NCBI RefSeq assembly: GCF_004010195.1
Contig: NC_057759.1
Coordinates: 1,285,212 to 1,349,211 of the forward strand
Direction of reading: 5' to 3'
Length of the DNA stretch: 64,000 nt
DNA from: Chiloscyllium plagiosum
Lineage: Eukaryota
Of this stretch, positions 50,614-63,732 are shown in pieces. A model generated the notes under the pieces. That model searched no databases. It had not been told where the DNA came from and worked only from the letters and a program-made list of their open reading frames with translations. A program made the position numbers and the translations under genes. Within the stretch, counting starts at the first letter, position 1; each line of letters starts with the position of its first letter.

Positions 50614-53522
50614 GTGAAAATGTGTACTGCAGATGCTGGAGATGAGAGTCAAGAATCTGGTGCTGGAAAAGCGCAGCAGGTCAGGCAGCGTCCGAGGAGC
50701 TGGAAAATCGACGTTTCGGGCGAAAGCCCATCATCAGGAATGAGGCTGGAAGCCTAGGGGTTGGAGAGGTAACTGGGAGGGGGTGGGGCTGGGGGCAAGG
50801 TAGCTGACAGTGCAATAAGTGAATGGAGATGGAGGTAAAGGTGGGAGAGGGGGATGGAGTGGATAGATGGGAAGGTGAACAGATTGATCGGATCATGAGG
50901 TTGGTGCTGAGCTGGAAGGTTGGACCTGGGGGTGAAATGAGGAAACTGGTCAAATCCCCATTGATGTCATGGGGTTGCAGGGTCCCAAGGTGGAAGATGA
51001 CGCGTTTTTCCTCCAGGATTTTGGTGGTCAGGGAGTGACAATGGTGGAGGCCCAGGATCTGCATGTCCTCAACAGAGTGAAAGGGGGAGTTGAAGTGTTC
51101 GGCCATGGGGCGGTAGGGTTAATTAGTGTGGCTGACCCAGAGATGTTCTCCTAAGTGCTGTGTGAGTAGACATCCTGTCTCCCCAATGTATAACGCATCG
51201 GAAGCAGGATGGAAGGAGGTGTAATTCAGGTAGCTGTGGGTTTTCAGACAATGTCAATTTTGTGTCGGTCAACGTTGATAGAGATGGAGAGATCCAGGAA
51301 AGGACGAGGGGTATCAGAGATAGTCCGGATGAATTTAAGGTCGGGGTGGATTGTGGTGGTGAAGTTGATGAACTGTTCAACAACCTCGAGAAGCATCAGG
51401 TGGCGTTGATGCAGTCATCAATGTAGTGGAGGCAAGGTAGGGGAATGGTCCTGTTGTAACTGCAGAATACAGGCTGTTCCACATAGCCAACAAAGAGACA
51501 GGCACAGCTGGGGCCCATGCGGGTGACCATGCCCACCCCTTTCGTCTGGACGAAGTGGGAGGATTCGAAGGAGAAATTGTTGACGATGAGGACCAGTAAA
51601 GCCAAACTAATACGAGTGTCAGTGGAAGGGTACTAGTGGGGACTTTGGGAGAGGAGGAAACGGTGGGTTTGGAGGCTCCGATCATTGTGGATGGAGGTCT
51701 ATAGGGACTAGATGTCCAGGGTAAAGATGAGGCATTGGGGGCCAGGGAACGGACGTGTTGGAGGAGATTGCGGGCGTGGGTGGTGTCCCGAACGCATGTG
51801 GGCTTCTTCGACCGGGGGGAGAGGACGGTATCGAGATATGTGGAGATGAATTCTGAGGGGCTGGAGCAGGCAGAGATGATAAGTCATTCGGGGTAGTCAG
51901 GATTGTGGATCTTGGGTAGGAGGTAGACTCGGGCTGTGTGGGGTCTTGAACTATAAGGTTGGAAACTGTGGGTGGGAGATCCCCTTAGGTGATTAGTTTG
52001 TGTACGTTTGAGGAAATGATGGTTTGGTGATGAGAGATGAGGTCATGGTCGAGGGGATGATGGTTTGGTGATGAGAGGTGAGGTCATGGTCGAGGGGCCA
52101 GTAGGAGGAGATAACTTCAAGTTGGCGCCTGGCATCAGCGGTGTCGAGGTCAGTGCACCAAGCTACCACTGCAAGATCACCCCCCCCCCCCCCACACACA
52201 CACACCCCACCCCCGTCAGCTGGTTTGATGGTGCGTTTGGGTTGGTGCAGAGGGAGTGTAGAGCTGGACGTTGTGAGGATGATACGTTGGAGTGGGGAGG
52301 GGTTTGGACAGTTTGAAGTGATAAAATGTCTCGGCAGCAATTGGAAATATAGAGGTCGAGGGCTATTTACAGACCGTCACAGGGTATTCACGTGGATGGG
52401 GTATATTGCAGTCGAGCAAAGGTGCCCTCATAAGATGTGCAGGAGTCTTAATTGTAAAAAAAAAGCTCGCTGAGAGAGGCAGCAGAAAAAGTTTTCAACG
52501 TCATAATGCGTATTGAATTTATTGATGCATGAATGCAGGGGGTTGAAGATAAGGCCTTTGCTGAAGACTGGTCATTCTTTCTCATTGAGGGGGAAGTCTG
52601 AGGGGGGAAGGTGAAAACTCGCAGGGCTGGGAGCAAGGAGCGGTTTTATGGCTGGAGCTGGGAGTGAGGGCGCACACTGTAACTGGAGTGGGTGCGGGAG
52701 TGGGGTGAACGGGGCTAATGTCATTTGCAGAGATGATGCTCACCCCGGCGTTCTTGGAATGGGGGGAGTTGACAGTGTGATCCGTGGGGCCCGTGTCGCG
52801 TGTGTATAGTGGCATAAATGTGGGTAGAAGTGGTTGTGATGATGGCAGCTGTGGGGTCAGAAGTGGCAAAACGTGTGATGTAGGTGATGTCAGTGGAGGT
52901 GGAAGTGGCTGCGGCAATGATCACAAACTGGGCAGAAGTTGTAGGACATATGGCGTGGCTGATGGAGGAAGGTACAGACGTGGCTGCGGCAGCACAACAG
53001 TGGGGGCAGAAGTGTAGTTCCAGTTGAGCTTGTGTTTGTCTCAGTGGTGGCGGATCTCATAGTGATTGTGGCAGTGGTTGTATGGCCATCAGTCACGGAG
53101 GCGGCATGAGGAGCCGTGGCTGCAGCCTGTCGGGCGGCGGGGACGGAGATGGCGTCGATTACTGCAGTGATGGTGGCTGGCAAAGCCTCGCGGCTGTCGC
53201 CAGCCAAGCAGCTCTGGAGGCCGGGTAAGCTTCTGGAATGTTCGAGGAATGCTGACAGTTGAGGTGGATATATGAAAGTTTTTTTTTATACTTACAGTAT
53301 TTAATGCTTAAATGGTGTAGAAATATTGTTTTTAATTTTATAAATTCTTCTGAGGATAAAATGCAGTAGGGTCCTTTGCAATTCTGAGAGCGTGTGGCCC
53401 TCAGCTGAGAGAGGGCTGACTGTAGATCAATAAAGTGGAGGCGCATGGATGCGACTGTGGAACGGAGGATCCGAAGAAAAACCGTTGCTGGAAGTTTTGA
53501 ATTTGTACTCTTTATTGGTTGT
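50614..53522 (-). mobile_element. Long degenerate Penelope-like element (N-terminal region, RT, GIY-YIG C-terminus, pLTR) inserted in an old CR1
   Basis: RT motifs FSFESSHFVQTKGVGMVTRMGPSCACLFVGYVE and YIDDCI; AEHFN...LEEKRVIFHLGTLQP; hammerhead core at 50737-50710 (CTGATGATGGGCTTTCGCCCGAAACGTC); degenerate TSD aacatcaagagag / aactacatgagag. Confidence 0.9.
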
Positions 53523-53849
53523 AACTACATGAGAGTCAGGAGGCAAAACTGAATGTAGTGACCACCACTAATGAGTAAGGTTAAAGCTCTGAAGCTGAAT
53601 ATTCACGCAGAACAGTTTGACTACACGCTCTAGTTCTAAGGAGTTGGCTGTTGAGATTTTGAGGGCATTGCTGGTGATCTTCGATGAATAATTGGAATCA
53701 GGAAGGGTCCCAGAGGACTGTCGAATATAACCCCCACCCACACAACCCGTTTAAGAAGAGAGGACGCAGAAGACAGCTAGTTATATGTGGTCAGGAAATT
53801 TGAAACTGTTGTTAGGAGGTAATAACGCCAGATAATTGACACGTTCTCC

Positions 53850-54720
53850 ATTTCTTCGCACTCCAACACACATCTTCCAGGTGAAGCAACATTTACTGGC
53901 ACTCTTTCACTCCAGTCTCCTGTCATTGCTTCTCACAATGCAGCCTACTTTCCTGAGACCAAACAGAGACTGCTTTCTGGAGCACTTTCACTCTGTCTGT
54001 AGGAAAAATTCTGAGCTTCTCATTCCTTTCCATTTCAATAACCAACATTACTTTCATGCTAACATTTCGATCCTGGGCTGATGCAATGTTCCAATGAAGT
54101 ACACCTTAAGCTTGAGTAACACCAACTTTACAACTTGATACGTTACAACATTTAATTCCACAACATCACAGCCGGAACCCATCATGACTGTTTTCCATTT
54201 TTCATACATTCTCGCTTCTGGTCTTCTGATGAACTTAACTTTTCATCTTGCACTTAATAGAACACATTCACGTTTTTCGCAAGTGCCCATTTCCCACATT
54301 CACAAAATAATTTCCACCCAATTTACATCTGTTTCTCTTTCACCACAATTTAAAAAAAACATTGTCCTTTGAAATACATTTTTTTTCCCATCATCCAACT
54401 CCACCTCTGACGGTATTAGAAAACATATTTCCCACTTTTTTTTCAGTTCTGAAGAAGTATCATGTCGGTCGTGAAATGTTGAGACTGTTTTCTGTCTCCA
54501 CAGATGCTGCCAGACCTGCTGACTTTCTCCAGAGATGGACAGGCAAGGAGATACTTCCAATAAAGATTTCTGCATCCCGGGAATCCAAAACAAAATTAAA
54601 ACTTGCTGCAGAAACTGGGAACTTTGACAAAGGGCCACTCGACCGAAAGTTTAAGTCTGCATTCACTCGGCAGATGGTGACAGACCTGTTTAGTTTCTCC
54701 AGCAATTTCTGGTTTTGAAC
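53850..54720 (+). mobile_element. Very old PLE GIY-YIG fragment and two second-subtype pLTRs (54447-54532, 54623-54718)
   Basis: FQVKQH...HFN remnants; tctgaagaag...gaaatgtt...acagatgctgccagacctgctga. Confidence 0.6.
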
Positions 54721-55239
54721 AAGTTTTAAAGACGTGTACAAAGCTGCTCAAACGCCCTGGCCAACATGGAGTGCCTTACACCGGGAAGTGAACGATGATG
54801 CAAGGTGCACCGGTTCATCCGTTCCAAAACTCCATCAGGCTGGCTTCACGTACACTATAGCACTCTTAATCACGGGTAGGGAGAGAAACAGAGGGAATCA
54901 CATTCACTTTAAACGCAGCGGATGTCACTATTGGAAGGAAAACGATTCAGATAAATCTGTTAAAGGGTTTAGAGGAATGTGACAGTTTGGAAGCGAGGCA
55001 GCCTGCAGAAAAAGGAGAATATTAAAATGGGCGTGTTACGACATTAGAAACCAGAACAGTCACTGTTCACAAAGGTAATGTGTGAGTGAGTCTCGGTGTG
55101 AATTAGGGGACAGGCAGCAGAACGGTATTGCAGCTGAAAATTGGACATTCATGTAGACCACAGCAACAGCACGAACAAAATTGTTTTCAAACTCAATCTG
55201 TAACTTTTTTTTTGCCCGTTAGAATCCCTCAGTACCATC

Positions 55240-55950
55240 AAGCTGATGAATGATTCAGTGAGGACTGTGGGTGAACATGCCACAGTCAGAACCATATGTA
55301 CTGCAACTAAATGACAACCCGTTAAAACTACCGCAATTGACTGCTTTCCATAAAAAAAGCAAGACTAACATCTGATACGCGAGGTTAGAATGATCCCAAG
55401 AATAACAGATGTGATCTAACCTCTGCAGTGTGCCACATCCAGTCAGAAATAGTGATGGACGATTAAACAATTCACTCTAGGAGAGGCTCCACAAGTGTGC
55501 CCATCATAATTAATGGAAGAGCCTTGCACATCTCCGTAAAAGGCAAGGTTGTAATTTCCACAACATCCTCAGCCAGAAGTGCTGAGTTGATGATCCATTG
55601 CTTTCCCGTTATGATGCCCACGCAATCACAGATGCCAGTTTTCAATCAATTCGATTCACTGCATGTGACACAGTAGACACAACAAAGACAATGGCCGCTG
55701 ACATAATTTCTGCAATAGGACTGAAGACTTGAGCAGTACAACAAGCCCCGTCCCTGGGGAAACTGTTTCATTCCAGCTCCAATTCTGACATCTCCCTGAC
55801 AATGTGGAAAATTACTCAATCGTGCCTGTAAGAGAAGAATAATTAGAACCTGACGAATTACTGTGCCCTCAGTCCCATCATGATAGTCAAACTAGTGGAA
55901 TTCTTTTTGACAGAGTTGCCAAGAAAAGCAAAGGAGACCTGCTCAGTGTG
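55240..55950 (+). mobile_element. Degenerate CR1/L2-group LINE fragment (paralog at 29880-30340)
   Basis: catcctcagccagaagtgctgagttgatgatcc...gaattactgtgccctcagtc (NYxPxS-like). Confidence 0.55.
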
Positions 55951-56789
55951 ATTTCCGATTGATCCCCATGTGGAGATGGCGCTGTTGTGAAAATGTGACT
56001 GGATTACTAATGCAGACCACTTTAATGTTCTGGCAGCTGGTGGATATTAAAAAAAAATCGAGATCTAAAATCTGGTGTTAGTAATAATGATCTGTAAGCC
56101 AATGGCGATTGTGAACACCAATTTGCTTCTGCAACGTACTTTTAGGAAGCAAATTTCCTGTGCTTTCCTGGTCTGGCTTAAAACTGACTCCAGACAAACA
56201 GACATGCGATTAATTCTCAATGGTCTCTGAAAAGGCCAAACAAGACACTCAATTGTATCAAATTTTTCTGTTGTCTTAACGTACACCCAACACCAGCCTC
56301 GGTACTGGTAAAAGGAATGAGAAGCACAATCCTGTTGATCCTGCAGAGACTGCTATCCTAACTTCTGAGAGCTTGTGACAACGACTACAGACATTTCCAA
56401 CGGACTGCAAAGAAACATCAGGAAGGAGTAGGTCATTCAACACATTGATACTCTGCCCATTCTAGGTCATGGTCAAGTATCTCTTCAGTGCAATTTTCCC
56501 ACACAAATTACACACTCCGTAATGCAATTACAAACATAAAATATATGCCATTAACAGCAGTTGTGGCTTTAGTCCATTGGTTTCGCTCCCCCAGTAAACA
56601 TAATGGTGACTGATCATATTTTCTAGACTCCTGCTCTCGCCTGATAACCTTCGAGTTGAGAAATCCTGATTTATATTGAGTGCCTTAGCTTCCAAAGCCG
56701 TATGTGGGAAAGAATTCCCTAGCTTCACCAGTCTCTCAGCGCAGACATTTAGTCTCATCTAAATGCAGAGTGGCCTGCCTGTTCCTCAT

Positions 56790-58869
56790 AGAGAAAGGCT
56801 TGGCAGAACGGATTAGGGAGAACACAAAGGCATTTTACACTTATATGAGGAATAAGAGCATGGTCAAAGAAAGAATAGGGCCGATGAGGAATAGCATAGG
56901 GAATTTGTGTGTGGAGTCTGGGGAGGCAGGGGAATCCCTAAATGAGTTTTTTGCTTCTGTCTTTTCGAAAGAAACGAACTTTGTAGTGAATGAAACCTTT
57001 GAAGAGCAGGTGTGCATGCTGGAATGGATAGAGATGGAGGAAGCTGATTTGCTGAAAATTTTGACAAGCATTAAGATTGCCAAGTCGCCAGGCCCAGACC
57101 AGATTTGTCCTCGGCTGCTTTGGGAAACGAGAAATGCAATTGCTTGGCCACTTGCGAACATCTTTGCATCCTCGCTCTCCACTGGAGTCGTACCTGAGGA
57201 CTGGAGAGAGGCAAATGTAATTCCTCTCTTCAAGAAAGGAAATAGGGAACTCCTCGGCAATTACAGACCAGTAAGTCTCACGTCTGTCGTCTGCAAGGTG
57301 TTAGAAAGGATTCTGAGGGATAGGATTTATGACCATCTGGAAGAGCTGAAAATGTGTTGCTGGAAAAGCGCAGCAGGTCAGGCAGCATCCAAGGAACAGG
57401 AGAATCGACGTTTCGGGCATAAGCCCTACTTCGGGCTTATGCCAGAAACGTCGATTCTCCTGTTCCTTGGATGCTGTCTGACCAGCTGCGCATTTTAAGC
57501 AACACATTTTCAGCTCTGATCTCCAGCATCTGCAGTCCTCACTTTCTCCTCGACCATCTGGAAGAGAATGGAAATGTGTTGCTGATTAAATGCAGTCAAC
57601 ACGGCCTTGTGAGGGGCAGGTCTTGCCTCACAAAAATATCGAGTTCTTTGAGGATGTGACTAGAAACGTTGATGAGGGTCGAGCTGTGGATGTGGTGTAT
57701 ATGGACTTCAGCAAGGCATTTGATAAGGTTCCCCATAGTATGCTCATTCAGAAGGTCAGGAGAAATGGGATACAGGGAAACTTAGTTATCTGGATACAGA
57801 GAAACCTAGTTGTCTGGATACAGAATTGGCTGGCCAACAGAACACTGTGAGTGATAGTAGAAGGAAAATATTCTACCTGGAAGTCTGTGGTGAGTGGTGT
57901 TCCATAGGGCTCTGTCCTTGGACTCTACTGTTTGTAATTTTTATTAATGACTTGGATGAGGGGATTGAAGGATGGATCAGCAATTTTGCAGACGACACAA
58001 AGGTTGGAGGTGTTGTTGATAGTATAGAGGGCTGTTGTATGCTGCAGCGGGACATAGACAGGATGTAGAGATGGGCTGAGAGGTGGCAGATGGAGTTCAA
58101 CCTGGATAAATGCGAGATGATGCATTTTGGAAGGTCGAATTTGAACGCTGAGTACAGGATTAAGAATAGGATTCTTGGCAGTGCGGAGGAACAGAGGGAT
58201 CTTTGTGTGCAGGTACATAGATCCCTTAAAGTGGCCACCCAAGTGGACAGGGTTGTTAAGAAAGCATATGGTGTTTTGGCTTTCATTAACAGGGGGATTG
58301 AGTTTAAGAGTCGTGAGATCTTGTTGCAGCTCTATAAAACTTTGGTTCGACCGCACTTGGAATACTGCGTCCTGTTCTGGTCGCCCTATTATAGGAAAGA
58401 TGTGGATGCATTGGAGAGAGTTTAGAGGAGGTTTACCAGGATGCTGCCTGGACTGGAGGGCTTATCTTATGAAGAGAGGTTGACTGAGCTCGGACTTTTT
58501 TCATTGGAGAAAAGGAGGAGGAGAGAGGACCTAATTGTGATGTACAAGATAATGAGAGGCAGAGATAGAGTCGATAGCCAGAGACTATTGCCCATGGCAG
58601 AAATGACTAACACGAGGGGTCATAGTTTTAAGCTGGTTGGAGGAAAGTATAGAGGGGATGTCAGAGGCGGGTTCTTTACACAGAGAGTTGTGAGAACATG
58701 GAATGCGTTGCCAGCAGCAGTTGTGGAAGCAAGGTCTTTGGGGACATTTAAGAGACTACTGGACATGCATATGGTCACAGAAATTTGAGGGTGCATACAT
58801 GAGGATCAGTGGTCGGCACAACATCGTGGGCTGAAGGGCCTGTTCTGTGCTGTACTGTTCTATGTTCTA
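56790..58869 (+). mobile_element. Young 5'-truncated CR1 (HER1-like) LINE
   Basis: KSPGPDQI, NYRPVSLTS, DFSKAFDKVPH, NFADDTK, RPHLEYCV; tail gaagggcctgttctgtgctgtactgttctatgttcta; several stops and frameshifts; inserted in an older antisense CR1. Confidence 0.95.
57346..57551 (+). mobile_element. Fold-back PLE pLTR insertion with perfect 15-bp TSD
   Basis: Minus arm 57342-57427, plus arm 57433-57550 ending CTCACTTTCTCCT; GACCATCTGGAAGAG at 57331-57345 and 57552-57566. Confidence 0.92.
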
Positions 58870-59883
58870 GTGGCGCCTTGATTTTACATGTTTCACAAAG
58901 ATTTTCACTAATTTTCCAAAACCCCATGGAATAAAGGCTCAGTCTACCCAAACCCTATTCTCACAACAAGCCAGCCATCCCTGAAATGTGTCTGGTAATC
59001 CCTGAGTGTCAGATTTGTCCTTTATGAGGTAAGGAGACATAAACCGTATACAATATTGTACAATGTTCAAGATGGAGCCCCACAAAAGTCCTGTACAGCT
59101 GCAGTAAGACACCCTCACTCCTGCACTCAAATCTCCTTGAAATGATTGTCAACACACCATTTATCTGACTAACTGCAATCTGCTCCTGCAATGTTGTTTT
59201 CAGGGACTGTTGTGCAAGGAGATCCAGATCCTGTTAACGGTTACAGCTATCCACTTGGTGAGTCTATGTACACTAGACCGCTTGTCGATTCCATTTCTAG
59301 TACTGACTTCTGGCATCACAACTCACTGCCTTGCATGGATGTCGGAGGTCTGCGCAGAAGTAACTGAAAAAAAAGAACATAACTCCCTTTCTAGATCAAC
59401 ATTTCTCAATTAATTCATTTTGAAACGATGGGATGCTGAACGATTTTTCCTGATAAATACACAAAGTCACATCAAACACATTGCTCTTCATCTGCCACGT
59501 ATATGCCCAGTGACTCCACTTGTCTCAGTCACCTTGGAGCTTTTCTTACATTCTCCTCATTCACTCACAATCTGACATCAGTTAGTGTCATCAGCAGACT
59601 TGGAAACATTGTGTGTGATTCCCTTACCTAACTGTTTGATATGTATTGAGAATAGCTGCGGCCCAAGCATCGATCAATGCGATGCCCCATTAGCCATCCG
59701 GTCCAAACAAATATACATTTATTCCTTTTCACTGTTGCCTGTCAGCTGACCCGTTGTAACACCATGTCCGGAACGTGACCCCTTCCCACGTGCTTTTACT
59801 TTGCACAGGAGGCTTAGCACTTTCTCAAAAAATCTTACCAAACATCCAATTTTTTTTGCCACCATTGCTTTTCCGTAATTTAT

Positions 59884-60206
59884 CACGGTGGCACAGTGGT
59901 TAGCACTGCTGCCTCACAGTGTCAGTGACCCGGATTCAATTCCCGCCTCAGGCAACTGACTGTGTGGAGTTTGCACGTTCTCCCCGTGTCTGCGTGGGTT
60001 TCCTCCGGGTGCTCCGGTTTCCTCCCACAGTCCAAAGATGTGCAGGTTAGGTGAATTGGCCATACTAAATTGCCTGTAGTGTTAGGTAAGGGGTAAATGT
60101 AAATGTAGGGGTAGGGGTACGGGTGGGTTGCGCTTCGGCGAATCGGTGTGGACTTGTTGGGCCGAAGGGCCTGTTTCCACACTGTAATGTAATCTAATCT
60201 AATCTA
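59884..60206 (+). mobile_element. HE1-type V-SINE
   Basis: Full V-SINE body with (TAATC)n tail; absent from the paralogous site near 32735. Confidence 0.95.
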
Positions 60207-60469
60207 CCAGTCGATTTCTCAAATATCTTTCCCATTTCATATATCGACATTGACTTTGCCTATGCCCATTACTGTCAGCATCAATAATTACTCTAAATCG
60301 TTTATTTACTAATTTCACTCTATTTCCATTTCTCATCAGACTTACGTTTTCTTATGTCACTTTTCTGTGAATACAGAACTGAAGTTGTTGTGTCATCGAC
60401 CTGCCATTTCCCTGTTCTCCATTCTCCATTCTTTGATTTCAGACCGTAAGGAAGCTGACACTTGACTAA

Positions 60470-61800
60470 AAGGCACAGCTGCTTTCTGTTCACCCTCTCC
60501 ATGCTCATTATAACCTTATAACTTAATTACTTACCCTCTGAAGTTTCCCTGCTCCAAGGCAAACAACCTGAGCTTAGCCAGCCTCTCTTCATAGCTGACA
60601 TGCTCCATCCTAGGCAACATCCTAGTGAATCTCCTCTGCATCCCCTCCAGTGCAATCACATCCTTCTTCCTGTAATGTAGCACCCAGAATGGACAACAGA
60701 ATTCTATCTTGGCGTAAACAAAGTGCGACATCGCTCTTATAGTCTATGATTCAATGAATAAAGGTTATGTCTATGGTCCTGCTTGACTCTCCAATTATCA
60801 TGTCCCGTCACATTCACAGTTCTGTGAAGAAGAACCATCTGAGATTCATCGTGTGCTGCCATTCATTGAGTATTCCCCTGTCTGGATCCTTCTTCGAAGG
60901 TGCATCACTTCATATCTATCAAGTTTGCATTCTATCTGGCATTGATCTAGCCATCTGACCATTCCATCTGTAGCTTGCTCTGATATAAGTCCTTCCTTTT
61001 CACTGACAACCATCCAGCCAGTCTTTGTGTCAAAGAAAACTTACTTATCACACAACCCGCATCCCACATTCACAATTGCATCAGTTATGAATACCACACA
61101 TAACAAGGTACATAGCAGTGACCCATATGATACACTACTGGACATTTGTTTCCAGTCACACAAATAGCTATTGACCACTACCCTCTGTCTTCTGCCACTA
61201 AGTTAAGTTTGGATGCAACTTGGCAAGCCACTAATGGGTCCTACCTGTTCGCTCGTTTTTGTGTTCTGCTGACAAGCTTGTAGATTACCTGGAGGTTGTC
61301 CCTAACTTTGCCTGCTAACAGTTTCCCATGCCCCAGCTTGAGTTAGTCCCTTCTGAGTGAAGGATTTTATGCTTTTTGCAGTCTTAATGCCCTGTCCCTT
61401 ATCCTGCGATGATATGCTTTATGTAGGAATTGGATAGCCAGAAAAGCGTTCTGTTTATTTCCACTTTGACACATGTTTTCTGAATTTACTAAATTTTACT
61501 GTGACCACTTCTCGTTCTTTGAATTTGTAGAGAACAGAAGACAAGTTTCCCCATCAGGCAATCTTGCCATCTGAGATTCTAATCTGGAAAACGTCCTTTA
61601 CACTTCCTCTGTGGTCAGTATACTTTTTCTTAGTTTGAGTCATCAACACTGTACATAATACTCCAGGTACAGTCTCACCAACATTCGATGCAAATGCTTC
61701 ATGATGTCTTTACATTTATATCCGATTCCCTTCAATGAAGACCAACATAACTTAACTTTCCACTTACATGTATTCCTCCAAATATATTGCACAGTAGTTT
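60470..61800 (-). mobile_element. Old antisense CR1 fragments
   Basis: ALEGMQRRFTRMLP and LVRLYLEYYVQ motifs. Confidence 0.75.
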
Positions 61801-62496
61801 TATTTGCGAACCCACTGTGTTGGTTATTGTGGATCATCCCTTTATAGATCAACATTTCTCAATTAATTCATCAGATTGTTCTAAAATGCCACATCTTCCG
61901 TATATTCTAAAAAGAAATTCGAAGTTTATCAAGTATGAATTCTTTTTCAAGAATGCTTACTGTTTCTCTACAATGGTGTTGTTAAACGTGGTGTTGTTAA
62001 ATATCCATTACCTCATCCTATATAATAGATTTTAACAGTTTCCCTATAGACGTGAAGTTAATTGATCTGCAGTTCTCCACATTGTTTTCTTTCATTCGTA
62101 AATGGTTGGATCACGTTTACTACCTTCTAGTCATTCAAAGTGGCTTCCAACTGTATAGGGTGCAAAGGGAAATGAAATACATTCATCGACAGTGCATTTA
62201 GTACATCTGTTGTTGCTTTTTGTTTCCTGGCATTTTGATGTACATCTGGTCCGTCAGACTTAACAATGCTCTATCCAACTAGATTTTCAAGTGCTACGTT
62301 GTTACGGATATGAACTGGCTTTATGTCCATAGTTCCACAATTCTCAAGTTTTGACTCTTGGATATTTTTGGAATCTTCCACCATGAAGACAGTTCCAAAG
62401 TAACTGGTTGGTTTTTATAAAATTCGTTCTTATCCACAGTAAATACCCCGTCCCCATTACAAATTTCCACGTTTAACTTTGCTTTTATTTTGGAAC

Positions 62497-63732
62497 AAAG
62501 TGAGCACTGCATATGCTGGAGATCAGAGTTGAGAGTGTGGTGCTGAAAAAAACACAGCAGTTTAGGCAGCATCCGAGGAGCGGGAGAATCGACGTTTCGG
62601 TAAAAAGAAAGACCTTCATCACGAATATGTGTTGTGAGCTGAGGGGGTGGAGAGATAAATGGGAGTGGGCTGATGCTTGGAGGAAGGTAGCTGAGAGTGC
62701 GATAGGCAGATGGAGGTGGGGTTATCGTGATAAGTCGGAGAGAAGAGTTGAGGTGTTAGGTGGGAAGGAAGATGGGCAGGTAGGAGAGGTCACGAGGGTG
62801 GTACTGAGTTAGAAGGTTGGAACTGGGAGAAGGTGGAGGAGAGGAACTGAGGACACTAATGAAATCCGCATTGATGCCGTATGGAAGATGAGATGTTCTT
62901 CCTCCAGGCATCGGGTGATTAGGGTGTGGCAATGGATGAGGCCCAGCACCTGCTAGCCCTTGACAGAGTGATAGGGGGAGTTAAAGCATTCGGCCTCGGG
63001 CAGTGAGGTTGGTTATTGCAGGTGTGCCAGAGAAGCTCCCCGAAGCGCTGTGCAAGTCAGCATCCTGTTTCCCCAGTGGCGAGAAGTCCACATCAGGAGC
63101 AACGGATACAGTAAATGGCATGTGTGGAAGTGCAGGTAAACCTCTGATGGATGTGGAAGGCTCCTTTGAGGCCTTGGATGGAGGTGAGAGGGGAGTTGTG
63201 GGCGCAGGTTTTGCAATTCCTGCAGTGGAAGTGAAAGGTGCCGAAAGCATGTGGCGATTGGTAGGGGGCTTGGACCTGACAAAAGAGTTGTGAATTCAAT
63301 GGTCTTTACTGAAAGTGGTTGGGGTGGGGAGGGACATATATCTGTTGTGGTGGCATGTGTTTGTCGGTAGTTGAAATGGCAGAGGATGATGCGATGTACA
63401 TCGAGTTTGGTGGGGTGGTCAATGATGCTATCCAGCGCATTTCATTCACTTCCCGCATCTTATCCCTCGAAACCCATCCCTTGAAACCCACCCCTCCAAT
63501 CGCACAAGGACGGAACTCCCTTGGTCCTCACCTTCCACCCCATCAACTCCGTATATGTCGCATCATCCTCCATCATCCTGCACCATTTCCACGACCTACA
63601 AAACGACCCCATCGCTAGAGATATATTTCCCTCTCCACCCATATCCGTTGTCCATAAAGATCATTCCCTCCATAACCTACTTGTCAGATCCACAGCCGCC
63701 ACCAAACTACCCTCCCCTCCCAGCACCAGACT
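62497..63732 (-). mobile_element. Truncated Penelope-like element with an inverted 5' segment
   Basis: Minus arm 62497-63420 (pLTR; CRNCKTC...FTCTSTHAIYCIRCS GIY-YIG linker); plus arm 63421-63732 (LTFHP...HFHDLQNDP..IFP). Confidence 0.85.

Noticed and set aside
56704..57498. 264-aa ORF as an intact gene
   Set aside because: It is a chimera of CR1 ORF2 and an inserted pLTR; downstream CR1 frames contain stops.
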